From: Lineus longissimus
Lineage: Eukaryota
Length of the DNA stretch: 64,000 bases
Reading direction: 5' to 3'
NCBI RefSeq assembly: GCF_910592395.1
Contig: NC_088308.1
Span: forward strand, 2,356,001 to 2,420,000
Shown here: one piece after another, positions 35,132-47,808 of the stretch
Layout of the letters: each line of letters opens with the position of its first letter
Position numbering within the stretch: position 1 is the first letter of the stretch
The notes under the pieces: generated by a model
Told to the model about the DNA's origin: nothing
What the model saw: the letters and a program-made list of their open reading frames with translations, nothing else
Databases searched by the model: none
Position numbers and translations under genes: made by a program

Positions 35132-38100
35132 ATGGCATCTGCAGCTGCTAGTGCCTCAGCATCCACCAGCTTTTCTCCTCCCAGTTCCCCCCAAGTTGCG
35201 ACAAATAAAGCCTACGATTATCTGTTGAAGTTCCTGCTAGTCGGTGATAGTGATGTAGGAAAGGAAGAGATTTTAGGAGGTCTCGAGGATGGGGCCTCCG
35301 AGTCACCGTATGGCTACTCGATGAACTGTGGTAGGTATCCGATGACACGTCCTTTAGTTATGCTGTCTGTTTTGGTGTACACCATTGTGGCACGTGACAT
35401 CCATGAGAAAATTACCAGTGGTCCCATTAAATGTCACATTACACCACCACACAGCGTGTAGTGTAGACTGTAATGTGACATTTAATGTGATCACTGGTCT
35501 GTCATCTTCTCGATGATGTACCACAATGGTGTACACCGCTAGTGTGTGAAATGCAGTAAAAAGTAACTTTATTGACGAAAATGTGCCCATAGTACAATGT
35601 AGATTACTTTAAGGAGGTGGGAATCTGACCCAAGTGTATTAACGTGCAAGCCTACAAGATGACTCGTACGTGGAAACATACATTTACATCGTACCCTGGT
35701 ACATTGTACTTGGACTTGTCTGTCCCATGCCCCTGGTGCACTGTTCACGCACAGTCACAGTGTGAGATATACAAAATATTTCTGTGTCTCATTGACTGAT
35801 GTTATTACATGTATGGATTTGTGGCGACCCATTGTGTCATAATTGCACTACCTCAACACTCCATGAACAAGTTTATTGTTGTTGAAACCATCATTAGCAC
35901 ATTATTGTATGAGTTTCAGGAATGACTCAATCATTTCAAACTACCACTGAAGGTGTTGAAAGTACTATAATGTACTTTAACAAAGTGGTCTCAAGTGCAA
36001 AATTATTCACAAATTAATACTTATTGTCTGAGATGTGCTTAGTGTTTGTTTATGATAGTACATGTATACAGTTTTCTTTATGGGGACACTGTTGGATATC
36101 CAACTACATGTATATACTATAAAGGTTCTAAATGATACAAAAAGGTGATGATAATGATGGTGTCTAATTGAAGATGATGACAATGGTAATGATAAAGTCA
36201 CCATGCCACTGCCATCCTTTAAAAGTTGGTGAATTCCTTGAATGAATCTTGTTATATGTAAATTGCTTTGCAGGTGGACTATAAAACATTTTTCCTGCCA
36301 TGTTTCTCACTTCTTTCATGTGCAGTTGGTGAACTATCCTACACATGTATTCTGACACGCAAGAAACTCGAATGCTGGTTGAAATTTTCTATCTACCTGT
36401 AGCAATACTAGGAATGTTCTTCATCACATCCTGAAGAGCCAGTCACTGTACTATCAACCACTATGTTTGTTTGAAATATTTTGCTAAGGAAATGATCTTT
36501 TTGTAATGATCTATTTGCAATGGGTCCTGGATACTGGCCCTGAATTCCATTCAATATCAAATACTCATGATTTTCTAACGTTCTTTATAAAAAAAGGTTC
36601 AGATAAAGAACGTTACCAGGTACTTAGTCTACTCTTAGCAGTACCTTACAGATCAGCAATCTCACCTCGCGAATGAAGGATGATGAGGCCTCGGGGATCA
36701 GTGGCCTTGTGGTAAGAGCACTGGGCTCATAGCAGGATGTCGTGGGTACGACTCTCAGGATTACCGCCGCTTCATCTATGTATCCTTTGGGAAGCCGCAA
36801 GGCACTAACCCTTCTTGCTTCTTTTTTTAGGTATTGACTATAAAACTACGACCATACTTTTGGATGGAAAACGAGTCAAACTCCAACTCTGGTAAGTACT
36901 TCACAACCTGTCTACACACAAGTCATTTGTTGGTCCAACAGGCCTGTTTGTCTAAGTGAAGCTAATGATTGGTAGAGTAGCCAATTGAAATTGCTAGAAG
37001 GTGCAGTGAGAACTCTTCAGGGCTCATATGTAGTCAGAATACTGACTAAATTTTCACAAAGGTGGCGCTTGACTGTCTTCATCTTATGTTGACATGCTCA
37101 ATTCCTCACCCTACTTCACGATTGTCTCTTGTATAACATGGCATAAAGTCTTGTGGGAATTTCTCCCCTTTCAACAGTTCCCTGCCTGCTGTTGTCACTG
37201 GATACCCCACCAGTGCATTAAATGACCAGATCAATACAATGATGAGTCAGTTTCCTTTGTTACTGATGAATAAGTTACGTAATCGCGTAATGAATTTGCA
37301 TTAACTGATTTGGTACACTAATTACCAGTTACATGAAAGATGTGCTGTGACTGTGACTCGTGTGGTTGGATGCTGATTATTTCTGATATCATGCAACTCC
37401 AAGAACTGTACTGTGTCTGCTGACATTTTCAGATGTATCTTGAACTATCCTCGACAGTCTCTATACCATTCCCTTAATAGTCTGGTTGTAATTTCTCCAT
37501 GCTTTTGACAATTGCTTTGAAGTCGCTGCACATACATACCAATACATTGATCCTCTATCAGAATTCAGATGAGTCACCTTCTGCTGTTATCTGGAGTGAT
37601 CTGAAGGATGGCTAATCGAAAACAGTTTGTAAACACAGATTTGCATGGATGCAAACGTCATCATTGACTCTTCATGCAAGAGAGGTTATCAGTGATGCAG
37701 GAAACCAGTTTGAGCCTGGGGATATAATCGTACTTAAGTCTGTGGTCGAGGGAATTAAATTGGAAGCTCCATCAACTGACAGAATTGGAATTTTGTGGTA
37801 TCTGGCTGGATTTGTCCTTCCTCCTACTATTATTGATTAGCGGTCATATCATCATCCATGCATCCAGTAAAGTGGAGGTTGTTAGTCATAGTTCAGAACC
37901 AATCCAGAATGCGGTTTATTGTATACCGGGTATAAGACTACAAGTCGTTACTTTTGTTTTATGGGACAATTGACGGGGTAAAGGGAAGGAAGATTTTGTA
38001 GATGACATTCGGTCTTTGTCATTTGTCTGTTTCATTTACTGACTGATGCAACAACTGAAGCGATGATGGTTGCCTGACTTGCAGTTTCATTAATCGATAT

Positions 38101-39883
38101 GTTGGAGCTATTCACAATATTAGGATTACTCGAGTCCCATTTCATTGATATCGAGTTGTACAATGTACACGGTCATATTCATAGTAAATTGATCGATTAC
38201 GGGAAACCATCAATCAATTCTGAAACAAATCATGATGAACACATCCTGATAGTGATATGTGTGGACAGGACATTAATCAATGTATCAATCACTCACATTG
38301 ATCACTTGATGATGTAGTCATGCAATGAGCAGAATGAAACTTGTCATGATTACAAGAGCTGTAATTAATGTTGAAACAGTTTTGTGCATATGATCGCATG
38401 ATCTGTCCTGTTGCTGTCATTCTGAAAGATTACCTAGGGCAGACTCTTAAAGACTGTTCCTGACACGATGATTGATGTGACAGTGCTTGGGAATGTGGGA
38501 AAGGGCTTTCCGAGTACTATTCTACCAGCCTGTTGGGCTTCTGTGCTAAAAAGAGGCTGCAATGTACATCAGCCCTCTCAGTCTCAACTTGGAGGGAAAA
38601 TGCCATGTTTTACTAGACCCTCTACTGTCATTCGCGAATTCCATATTGAAATATCAGTCCAGGTCACCAGCACACAATCATTGTGACAAGTCAATCACCC
38701 CATCTCCCGTATGAGAACTAATAAAGCATTTTAACTTCATCCTATTACATGTATTAAGTGAGTTAGGGACATCATTGCTGTGTATAACATGTATTATTAA
38801 GCCAGTTCTTGTCATTTTAGGGATACGTCTGGTCAGGGTAGATTCTGCACAATCTTCCGGTCGTACTCGCGAGGGGCACAAGGTATCTTGTTGGTTTATG
38901 ACATCACGAATAAATGGTCATTCGATGGTATTGACAGATGGATTAAGGAGATTGATGAGGTAAGACTTGAACTGGCTGATATTCTGCTTAGGCTTGAGTG
39001 ATCATACATGTATGCTGTGTGCCGGTTTGGCACAAAATATTTGGTAAGAGGTGTGGCCTAATAATGATAATAAATTAAGCAGTTGAAGTACAATGTAAAG
39101 TAACAAGTCCAAGATCACCATCAAGCCAGCTTACCATAATACCAACGTCATTCTATGTATCTAAATTTCAAATTATATGTTTCAGCATGCACCTGGAGTG
39201 CCCAAGATACTGGTTGGTAACCGGCTCCACCTGGCATTTAAGCGGCAAGTTAGCGAGATGTCAGCAGAAACCTATGCCAACAAGAATGATATGGCCTTCT
39301 TTGAGGTCAGCCCACTATGTGACTTTAATGTTATTGAGTCGTTTGCTGAGTTATCTCGGTTAGCGTTGAAGAGGAACGGACTCAGTCGGGCCTGGGGTCC
39401 AAATAAAGGTAAGTTGAAATGCAGCCATAGTCAGGACCATTGGGGCTCTGCAGCACCGTGATGGAAACGGCATGGATGAAGATGTACTGGAAAGAGAAAG
39501 ATATGTCTCTGCTCTTACATGCATAAGTAATTTGAGTTAACTGCCATCTTAGATTCGGGTACAGACACTCTTCAGATTGGACAAAAGCCAAAGCTTCAGT
39601 ATTCTTGCTTCCAATTCATTTTTCCTTTTCATCATTTGTAGTACTCAGCCTGCAGGAGATCTGTTGCCATACAATCGTGAACCGCACCACAATCTACGGC
39701 ATTGAACAGCTGCCATTACCGACTTCGGTCAAATCATATCTAAAGTCTTACTCAATGACGAACAAAACACGAGCGAGGATGCAGAGTTTCATGCATCGGG
39801 ACAAACACAAGAAGACAACAAAAATCATGAATCCGAACGACTCCCCTCCAATGAACTGTCGAAAGAGCTGCTTGCTAAGCTAG
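35132..39883 (+). CDS. RAB40: Ras-related protein Rab-40 (GTPase plus SOCS box, 287 aa, 5 coding exons)
   Basis: Exons 35132-35330, 36831-36891, 38821-38959, 39186-39408, 39642-39883 (864 nt). Motifs [56 protein letters not shown] box [13 protein letters not shown]...LPLP; CAAX end CLLS. Confidence 0.97.
36693..36820 (+). mobile_element. tRNA-derived SINE fragment abutting the RAB40 exon 2 acceptor
   Basis: A-box-like GTGGCCTTGTGGTAAGAGC and B-box-like GGGTACGACTCT, followed by TGTATCCTTTGG..GCAAGGCACTAACCC resembling a CORE-type SINE domain. Confidence 0.6.
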
Positions 39884-42193
39884 CAGTGTAGTATTATCAA
39901 GTATTGGAGGGTTGGGGTTTGGTGGGATTTGTCTTTATCTCAAGTGTGCTGGAATGGTCAGTCAATTTCCTGTTACCCTGTACTAGGTAACTGAGTGTTC
40001 AGACAACTCAGGGGTGTCCTTTAAAATCATGGGTTTTCTTGCTGTAGACCCTGTAAAAATCCTTTTAAGAGGAATTTGGAATTTGAAATTTTGTTCGTAA
40101 TAACTTTAAAACTGAATCTTGAAATTTTTTTCAAATGGGTGAACAGTTGTTGAAAGGCAGGGCTACAGAAAATGTCACTGGGTGAAATATTTTACAAGTT
40201 CAGGAGGTTTGAATCGTTAACTGTTGGATGCTCTTGCCTGCCTTAGCTAAAGCTTATCACTGCCACGGGATGAGGCTGGAATCTTCGATAGTCGATAGCT
40301 GTAAATGATGTTAGATTATTATTAGCGGGCAGCTCTTTTGGATCACTGACCTATTGTTATGTAATTCATATATAGCGTTTTCTCCAGAGGGGGACAGGGA
40401 TGGGAAGAGGGGCAGGGAGATGGGGGACATGTCCTCTCCAATTATTCAAATTCAATGGATGTCACTCTTTACTTTGAATTTCTTTTTCCCCCTCTGATTC
40501 AACCCTGATAGAAACTCTGAGATGTCATGTAGATTCAGTTGGTCACTGTGTATTGAGTTTGTATATAATATAAACCAGTCTAGGTGTAGTATTTACCCCA
40601 AGATATCACAGCTACAGTGAGACAGCCGTACATATACCTGTAATGGGGTCAAGCTGTGATTGTATTCAGTATGATGTCATGTGGGATTTGAAATGTTTTA
40701 TACCACCGTACTTGAACAGGGCAGAGACAAAGCTAAATAAGGTAAAGTATTTATTTATGAGACATATTCTTATAATTATTATAATAAGCTATCACTATTA
40801 CTACTTGTCAATCTATGATACATGTGTGATTGTGAATCATGTGGAGAAAAAGGAGTGTCACATGTTCCTCAACATCTAGGCAAATTCTGGTGGATCTACA
40901 TGTACATGTATAAAAAACTTAGGTGTATGAATATTTCACCAGTTTTCAATGAATATGATCAATACAGATTTAGGAGGTAAGCAATAAGTTTAAATTTTAT
41001 ATCTTTTTATATATGTAGTGGAAACATGTAATTTTATCATCTAGTGGTGTGTTTTCTATCAGTTTTGAGTTGGTTATTATGGTTTTTCGATTCTCATTCT
41101 GAAGTATATAGGACTAAGGAAAAGAATCGGCATACTTATTTGGTCACAAGACATTTCTCTGTGAGCTTGCATTGATAGGGTTGTATCATAGTCTTATGGA
41201 CATATTTCTCTTTTGACCTTTGCCCCGAGAGCCAGTACTTCATTGGAGAGCCAATCATGTGCCTTCTAGTGTTATGATGTCTCCTCACAATTTCCATAAA
41301 ATATAATCTTATAACTTCAATATCTTAAACCTATCATTTCCTTTGACTTGAAGTTAGTTTCAAGTCTTAGTTGGTTAGACTATCTGTGCATTGATATTTC
41401 AGCCTTTGATCAGAAACATCAGGTTTCGGTCCGTTTGAAATTGGTAACAACTCGACCATCAATATGATTAAGAAGTATTATTGTGCTTGTGTCTACTTAT
41501 GTGTGTAATTATAGGCTTGGCTCAATGATGTTATTCCTATCTCTCAAAGACAATTACGGTCATTGTCTTATTTGCTTTTGTCTGCTATCGTAAAGCTTTA
41601 GTTGACGGGTTATTATGGATGCTGATACCTTATTGCTTTGAGGACTGTGTCTTCTGAGTGCCTGATTTACGATTTGCTTGAAATCAAAGCATGCTTTGTT
41701 GAGGGCTGAGTCCATCTGTGAAACTTAATATGTTGTTCAATTTGACAAATGTTTCTGATAATGAATCTCCAATGTAAGTCAAGTGTTTGTAACCTAGTCA
41801 GGGTGGGATTGGGGATTGAACTCGCTGTAAAAATGCTTTGCGTACCAAATGAAAAGAATTCACACTTCTAAGCATTACAACCATTGCTATAAGGTTCTCT
41901 TCAACGCCATCGAACATTTCTAATAGGGCTCTTTTGCACAGATATATAGCAGGGCAACATTTTCTCACGGTCCACCCATCACTCAGCTATTGGGCCTAAA
42001 TGAAGCAGAAATGATCGTGTTTAAGATTGGTCTGTGTCCCCTTATCATCTCGTGACTTTTGCCTGTTTGAATTTGTGTGCAATCATTTGGATGCTGAGAG
42101 CACTGGAGTGGTGAATATCATCAAAAATTGATGAGAAAGTTCACTTAGCAAGTTGTATGGTCATGATCTTTACTCACCCACCGTGATGCATGA

Positions 42194-42365
42194 CATGAAA
42201 ATCAAACCACCGGTACTACCATTCGTTTTCTTAAGTCATGAAAATCAAACCACCGGTACTACCATTCGTTTTCTTAAGTCATGAAAATCAAACCACCGGT
42301 ACTACCATTCGTTTTCTTAAGTCATGAAAATCAAACCACCGGTACTACCATTCGTTTTCTTAAGT
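42194..42365. repeat. Perfect tandem repeat, 4 x 43 bp
   Basis: Unit CATGAAAATCAAACCACCGGTACTACCATTCGTTTTCTTAAGT, four identical copies with no spacers. Confidence 0.95.
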
Positions 42366-44361
42366 GGGGAAAATCTAGGCAGAAACTAGTGTTGTAAAGA
42401 GACTACTTTGTCAATTTCATCTTTGTTGTGAAAATCCAGGCGGAAAATCGTCTCAGTTCGGCTTGGGGCTGTCATGTGTGAAGTCGAACCAGCTTGCATA
42501 GAAACCGCCAAATCTGCGTATCATTGTTGACGGATAAAGTGGCAGTATTTTACAGCAAGTCGTAGCCATCCTTAAATAGATTTTTTTCACCGCGACATAA
42601 TATACAAAAGGCGAAGCAGAATGAAAGCTACTGGTTATGAGGATGGCGGTTGTGGACTACACTTCTATTTGCACAGGCAAGAGGCTGATTCAGTCTCTAC
42701 TCTATTCATGTTTAGTTGTAACAATGAGAAGAAATTTGAAATGTGAGCCACGTTTTTTGTTGAGCATGAAACTATCAAAATACTATATGTATATATGGTC
42801 TGCATTTTTAAATGTTGATCTATAAGATCAAAGGTCACATGTCTTACAAATGTGCTGTTTCTGTAGAAATAAGCAGCGTATTTATATCACCTATCTTAAG
42901 TTATTTTTGATACATGTATGTCTTTAACTTGAGTCAAGATGGTCATAAGATATTTGATAGGCTTTGCATAGCATTCATTCAACAATTGTTGGTTTGTGTC
43001 AGCCTGTTGTGACAAGGACGTTTCAACCCTCTTTTGCTGTTGAGGGGGTGGTACAAAAGAAGGATAGCAAAAGTCACTTAGAATTAATGTTGCATGTAGT
43101 TTCAGTAATAAGGCAGTGTTGATAAATTTCATGTTTCTTGTATCATATAGCTGGATAAGCACTCTCTCATGCTGAATTCAGGACCATTTTTGGAATTACA
43201 TGTATTACTCTGCGAATTATTTATAGTTCCTACTGAGGTAGTTTTGATGATCTTGTATGAAAGAACAATGGAAATAAAGAGTTTTCCTCCTATCCTTTTC
43301 TATTTTCGAAAAACATGAAATTTGTTACTTGGCCTAATCCAATGATTGGTCAACTTTAATGAACTGTGGTACTAATCGTGACCAACTGTCTTATTCATGT
43401 ATATTGGTGCTATATATGAGATTCTACTCCAAATTGGTATCAACTTCTGTACAGTGTATGATAGTATGTTTGTAAATAAGTAGGTGTCATATTTTATGTT
43501 TAAAGTTGTCACAATAGGTGTATAAGTACTGTGTTGTCGTGTGGTGTTCGTTGTGGTTTGCCTTCAAGTTGACCGTTTGTGTGAACATCTATGCCGGACA
43601 CATCTTGGAATCTGCAATAAATTGACACCATATTGGAGGTATGTCTCCCCAAACACCACCAGGTGGAGCTTAAATGAAGGCCCAATCTGAGGCGGCTGCC
43701 GAGGTTTTGGGCGAAATGATCGATCCACCCTAGCGGTGTCCTGTTAGACAAGCAAGACTGCCAGTGAGTGACAGAATGTATGACACACATTGATACTTGC
43801 ATAAATACTTTAAAAAGTGGTGCATCTAGTTTTGTCTTGAATCCAATTATTTATGCCAGTAGTTGAGTAGAAATACAAGTATTGTCAGTTGGGCTACTGC
43901 TCAAATGAAGGGTGAGGACAGGGAGAGTTCACTTCATATACCTTATAAAAAGGTGTATCTTTAGGAATCAAAAACAAGTTGTGTCCTTCATTTTCAGCTT
44001 TTACAGATGTTTTCTGGCTTGACTTGGCAAGAAGGATCTGGAAAACTACCATCCTGAGGTACAGGTTTTTGATACTCCTACCTCGTTTGAAATATCGAGA
44101 GGCGGAGTATGTTAAAGCTCACTGGTTATGTCAGGATGGAAAACTACAGGTAACATTACTCTTGTAAGAGAAGCTTGTGAATTTCAGTTCATGCGATGAC
44201 CAGTAGATGGAGGTTGGGTAGTTATTGAATACGTTCTGATTATTGTCAACGCCCGCCTTGCTCTCTTGCTCAGTCGACGAGTTGTGTAAATAGTCTGTAC
44301 ATATTGAAGTCGCCGCTGGGTGTAGTGTTACATGTTCACATGTAATTTAAAGCTTAAAGTG

Positions 44362-44367
44362 AATAAA
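44362..44367 (+). other. Candidate distal polyadenylation signal for RAB40
   Basis: AATAAA followed by TGTGTTTATTTTTTGT. Earlier AATAAA hexamers exist, so the site used is uncertain. Confidence 0.4.
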
Positions 44368-44693
44368 AAACAAAATATGATATAATGTGTTTATTTTTTG
44401 TCCCGGTTTAAAGTGGATTTCATGGGTATCTTTCTCCTTGTAGATTCCTGGGGCTGTCCACTTCGTCACCCTGTTCATACTGCTGTGAAGGACAAGGCTG
44501 GTCCACTGCATCTCGAGTATATCTTCTTGCGTCTGGGGCCAGATTGTTTTCACAACCAACTTCGCAATCTAAATGTGCAAGGTTTTAAGTTAATGTCATG
44601 CTTCAAATTTCGAGCGAGCAGGAAACTACAAATCGCGGCATCTATTAGCTTTACAAAGCCACCAGCATAAGCACACTGGTTCATCAAATTGAA

Positions 44694-44830
44694 TACAGTG
44701 GATGGAACCTGTCTTAGCAGGACACCCCCTCACACCAATTTTAATTGGCAACTTTTAAAAATTTGATCTCTGTAAACTCTTGACAGCATTTAGTCAGCCC
44801 ACGGATGTCCTTAACAGGTACGTACTTGTA
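44694..44830. mobile_element. Degenerate Tc1/pogo-type MITE
   Basis: TACAGTGG..GAACCTGTCTTAGCAGGACAC at left pairs imperfectly with ATGTCCTTAACAGGT...CTTGTA at right. Confidence 0.45.
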
Positions 44831-46590
44831 TACTCGTTATGGGCGACAATAGACATGGCCGACTCTGTTTAATAGCAGATTAGAGAGGTGAAAGGACCAC
44901 ATGCCAATTAGTGCCTTTCACCCCTTGACAAAGAATTCCGGCGAGTCTATTGTGGCTAAATGAGTACTGGGTACCTATTCAGCTGACGAAATGAGCTGGC
45001 ATTTCGTGACCGGTCGACGTCTGGTGTATTCCGTTCGATGAACCAGTAACGCGATCAGTCAATACTTGGAATAATATCGACATACCAATGTGTGCGTCTC
45101 CATTCACTAAAAGGCTTTACAGCAACTGCAAATATTCTAGGTCTCCGCAACAAAATGAGGTCGACGAATGCTGAAGGCTTGATCGGTTTCCAAATGGTAC
45201 TAAAAGCGGAATTCATACTCCGACGCGACCATCGGCGTCCGCGTTTTGTGTAACTGCTATACCCTTCCCAATCACAGGGCTGCTCTCAAAAATACACGGT
45301 CATTGCTTGTGGTAAAATGACTTTATTTGAGTCAGAGTTAGTACATGAATATATACAACATAGTTTTTTCATATGCTTGATATACACAGCTACACGTACA
45401 GTTGTTACACTCGGTACATTATCATCTACAACCTCTTGCTAGAATCACAGCCGCAAGCGACACCAACATGACATACATGTGTAATTTTATAGGACATGTG
45501 AGTTAATGAAACTAATAAAATTAAATAAACAGAAACGTGTTGCTGCAATCACTTAATGCAAGCTTAATTTTATAAGAACGTGCGTCAAAACCTATACCAT
45601 GAGCAGATTGGTCCCATTAACTTTAAACTGATTTGGAAACAAAATGATGGTGTTAAGTTGAACCAACTTAACCAGTGTGGTCTCCTCCTAAGTTCAGTTA
45701 AGTTCGTTGGTCCAAGCTCCGTGGGCAATGGGAGCCACAGCCTGTTTGGTAGATGTCACATCAGAGCATTCCTCAGTGCCCATGATGAGCTATAAACTTA
45801 TCTGCTATTAGATTTGTCAAGCGGTAAGCTTTCCAAGTGGGTATGACAACCGCTCTGCTTCTTGGTACTTCAGTTCACTCGAGCAACTGTAACTTTATCA
45901 AAGCAAAAAAGCCGACTACTTTGCCCTGGGTATATAGGCAAACTTGGAAAATGATCACGAGACCGCTGTTTCGCCATAAGCCTGAAACCATTCTATACTG
46001 TTGTCCATGCATTAAAAAGGACACATCCACACTAATTCTTATAACTTACCATCAGTTGTGAATTGCTGATTATTGATACAAAAACTTCCGCTCTAGAAAT
46101 ACAAACATTTATACAGGTTCATACATTGTTAATTCTCTGAGCTGTTCACCAAAACCAGGAGGAAATAATTTACGCCAAGTATAAATGGATGGATGTTTCA
46201 TTAAAGTGCTTCAATGCAACGTCTTACTATAAGTATATACACGTATGCACGTATACATTAGATGGAATTTAAAAAAACCTGCCCTAAATGGACGGGTATG
46301 CATCACTGGATTAGGAAATGCCCTTCCCCCAAGCGAACCCATGTCCCTCAAGGATCTGCGTCCCTTTGGTTTTGTTTAACTTATCTGCCTCGTACATATT
46401 GGCGAGTGCAGGAGATAGTGGGCATCCTTGTCAGACTCCGACTGCTGTAGTCCTGACAAAGGCCAGTGAATAAACCTCACTCATTACGCTCGAATTAATC
46501 TCACCCCCAGCGTCCATTTTCATACATGCATCGTGGGCAGTTCTGCAGAATAAGCCAGAAGAAACTTCGGGGAGTTTAGTTCGCACTGTT

Positions 46591-47808
46591 TTACGCTGAA
46601 GACTGCCCATTCGATTTCTCCGAACTTAATCGGTTCTTTTTAATGGTTGTCAAGCGGAATGACATCGTCTTGTTGATGGAGCTGTCCAGGTTAGTAGACA
46701 ATCTATGACCACCACAACACTTACAGTGACAGCCACACATGGTTCCCATGATTCGCTGGAACTTTTTCCCTACTAAACAGTAGACGTAGAAGTTGACAAA
46801 AGAGTTAAAATTTTGGAGAAATTCGGACGCAACGCCAACTGGTAACGGAATGTTATTTTCATACTCGACGAAAGTTAGTTCACGTCCGGTGAAATAGAGG
46901 ACTTGTTCCACTATCTTCGGAACTTCGCAGAGTACGAACAGAATGGCGACAATGACCAACATGATGTTTGTCCGATAAGAGTGCTTGGTGTTTTCACTTA
47001 ACTGTCTCGTCATCGCCGATCGCTGTTGGCTTGCTCTGGTTATAACTTTTATAATTGCACCGTTCATTGTGATGACGAAAACGATGGGGACGAGAAGGTT
47101 TATTACAGCGTCTGTTATGAAATAGATCTTACTGAATGTTTCATCCTTAGCGAGGTCGGAATTTGTCCATGTTAACTGTCCATTTTCCGAGGTTTTCTCA
47201 ATGACCTTAATCAACATGAACATTGGGACGTTGAAAGCCGCAAGTAGTAAAAGTAGTCCAACGGCGACAATGACAGCATGTCTTACGGTGTTAATCCGCG
47301 TTGCTTTCATTGGATGGCAAATTCCAATGTAACGATCAACGGTTATTATGGCAACCATCCATACTGCGTAGTCTCGCGAGATCTCATGGAATCCTTTCAA
47401 ATATTGCAGCGAGTGGACCCAAGTCTCAAGATAACTAGTGTACGAGCTAACGAAGTTATAAATGTTTGGGATGGACAAATTTAGAATGCTAAAAATCAAA
47501 AACATGGAGTCAGCAGCAGCCATTATTTGTAAAAGCATATACGTTGATGATTTTGTTGGATATCTGGTAAACACATAAATTGTGATGCAGTTCGTGATGA
47601 TGCCTAAAATGTTCAAAGTGCACATGATACAGCCATATATTATGAATAACACCCAATCGTTGTTACTTTTAGGCACCTCAATGTCATTGTTGAATTCAAG
47701 TTTGAATCCGCTTAAGTTCAGCGATCTCCTAGGAAACAAAGCTGCGAATAAGCCAATCCTTTCCGTAATGTCCAGAGGTAGCGGGTCGCCGACACTTGAG
47801 TTCTCCAT
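46591..47808 (-). CDS. Class A GPCR, FMRFamide/peptide-receptor-like (405 aa, CDS in a single exon)
   Basis: Seven hydrophobic segments; TM2 MAAAD, VDRYIGICHP, FVLCEVP, NSFVNFYVYCLVGKKFQ. A splice acceptor ~30 nt upstream of the ATG (47841-47843) suggests a non-coding first exon. Confidence 0.9.
   Translation of the reverse strand: MENSSVGDPLPLDITERIGLFAALFPRRSLNLSGFKLEFNNDIEVPKSNNDWVLFIIYGCIMCTLNILGIITNCITIYVFTRYPTKSSTYMLLQIMAAADSMFLIFSILNLSIPNIYNFVSSYTSYLETWVHSLQYLKGFHEISRDYAVWMVAIITVDRYIGICHPMKATRINTVRHAVIVAVGLLLLLAAFNVPMFMLIKVIEKTSENGQLTWTNSDLAKDETFSKIYFITDAVINLLVPIVFVITMNGAIIKVITRASQQRSAMTRQLSENTKHSYRTNIMLVIVAILFVLCEVPKIVEQVLYFTGRELTFVEYENNIPLPVGVASEFLQNFNSFVNFYVYCLVGKKFQRIMGTMCGCHCKCCGGHRLSTNLDSSINKTMSFRLTTIKKNRLSSEKSNGQSSA

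Noticed and set aside
36693..36762. tRNA gene
   Set aside because: The B-box is degenerate, there is no closed cloverleaf, and it continues into a SINE-like core.
37239..37310. Intronic C/D-box snoRNA (ATGATGA ... CTGA)
   Set aside because: The terminal stem is weak and I could not match a guide to rRNA or snRNA from memory. It would need snoscan or Infernal.
42194..42365. CRISPR-like array
   Set aside because: Units are contiguous and identical with no spacers, the context is eukaryotic, and there are no cas genes.
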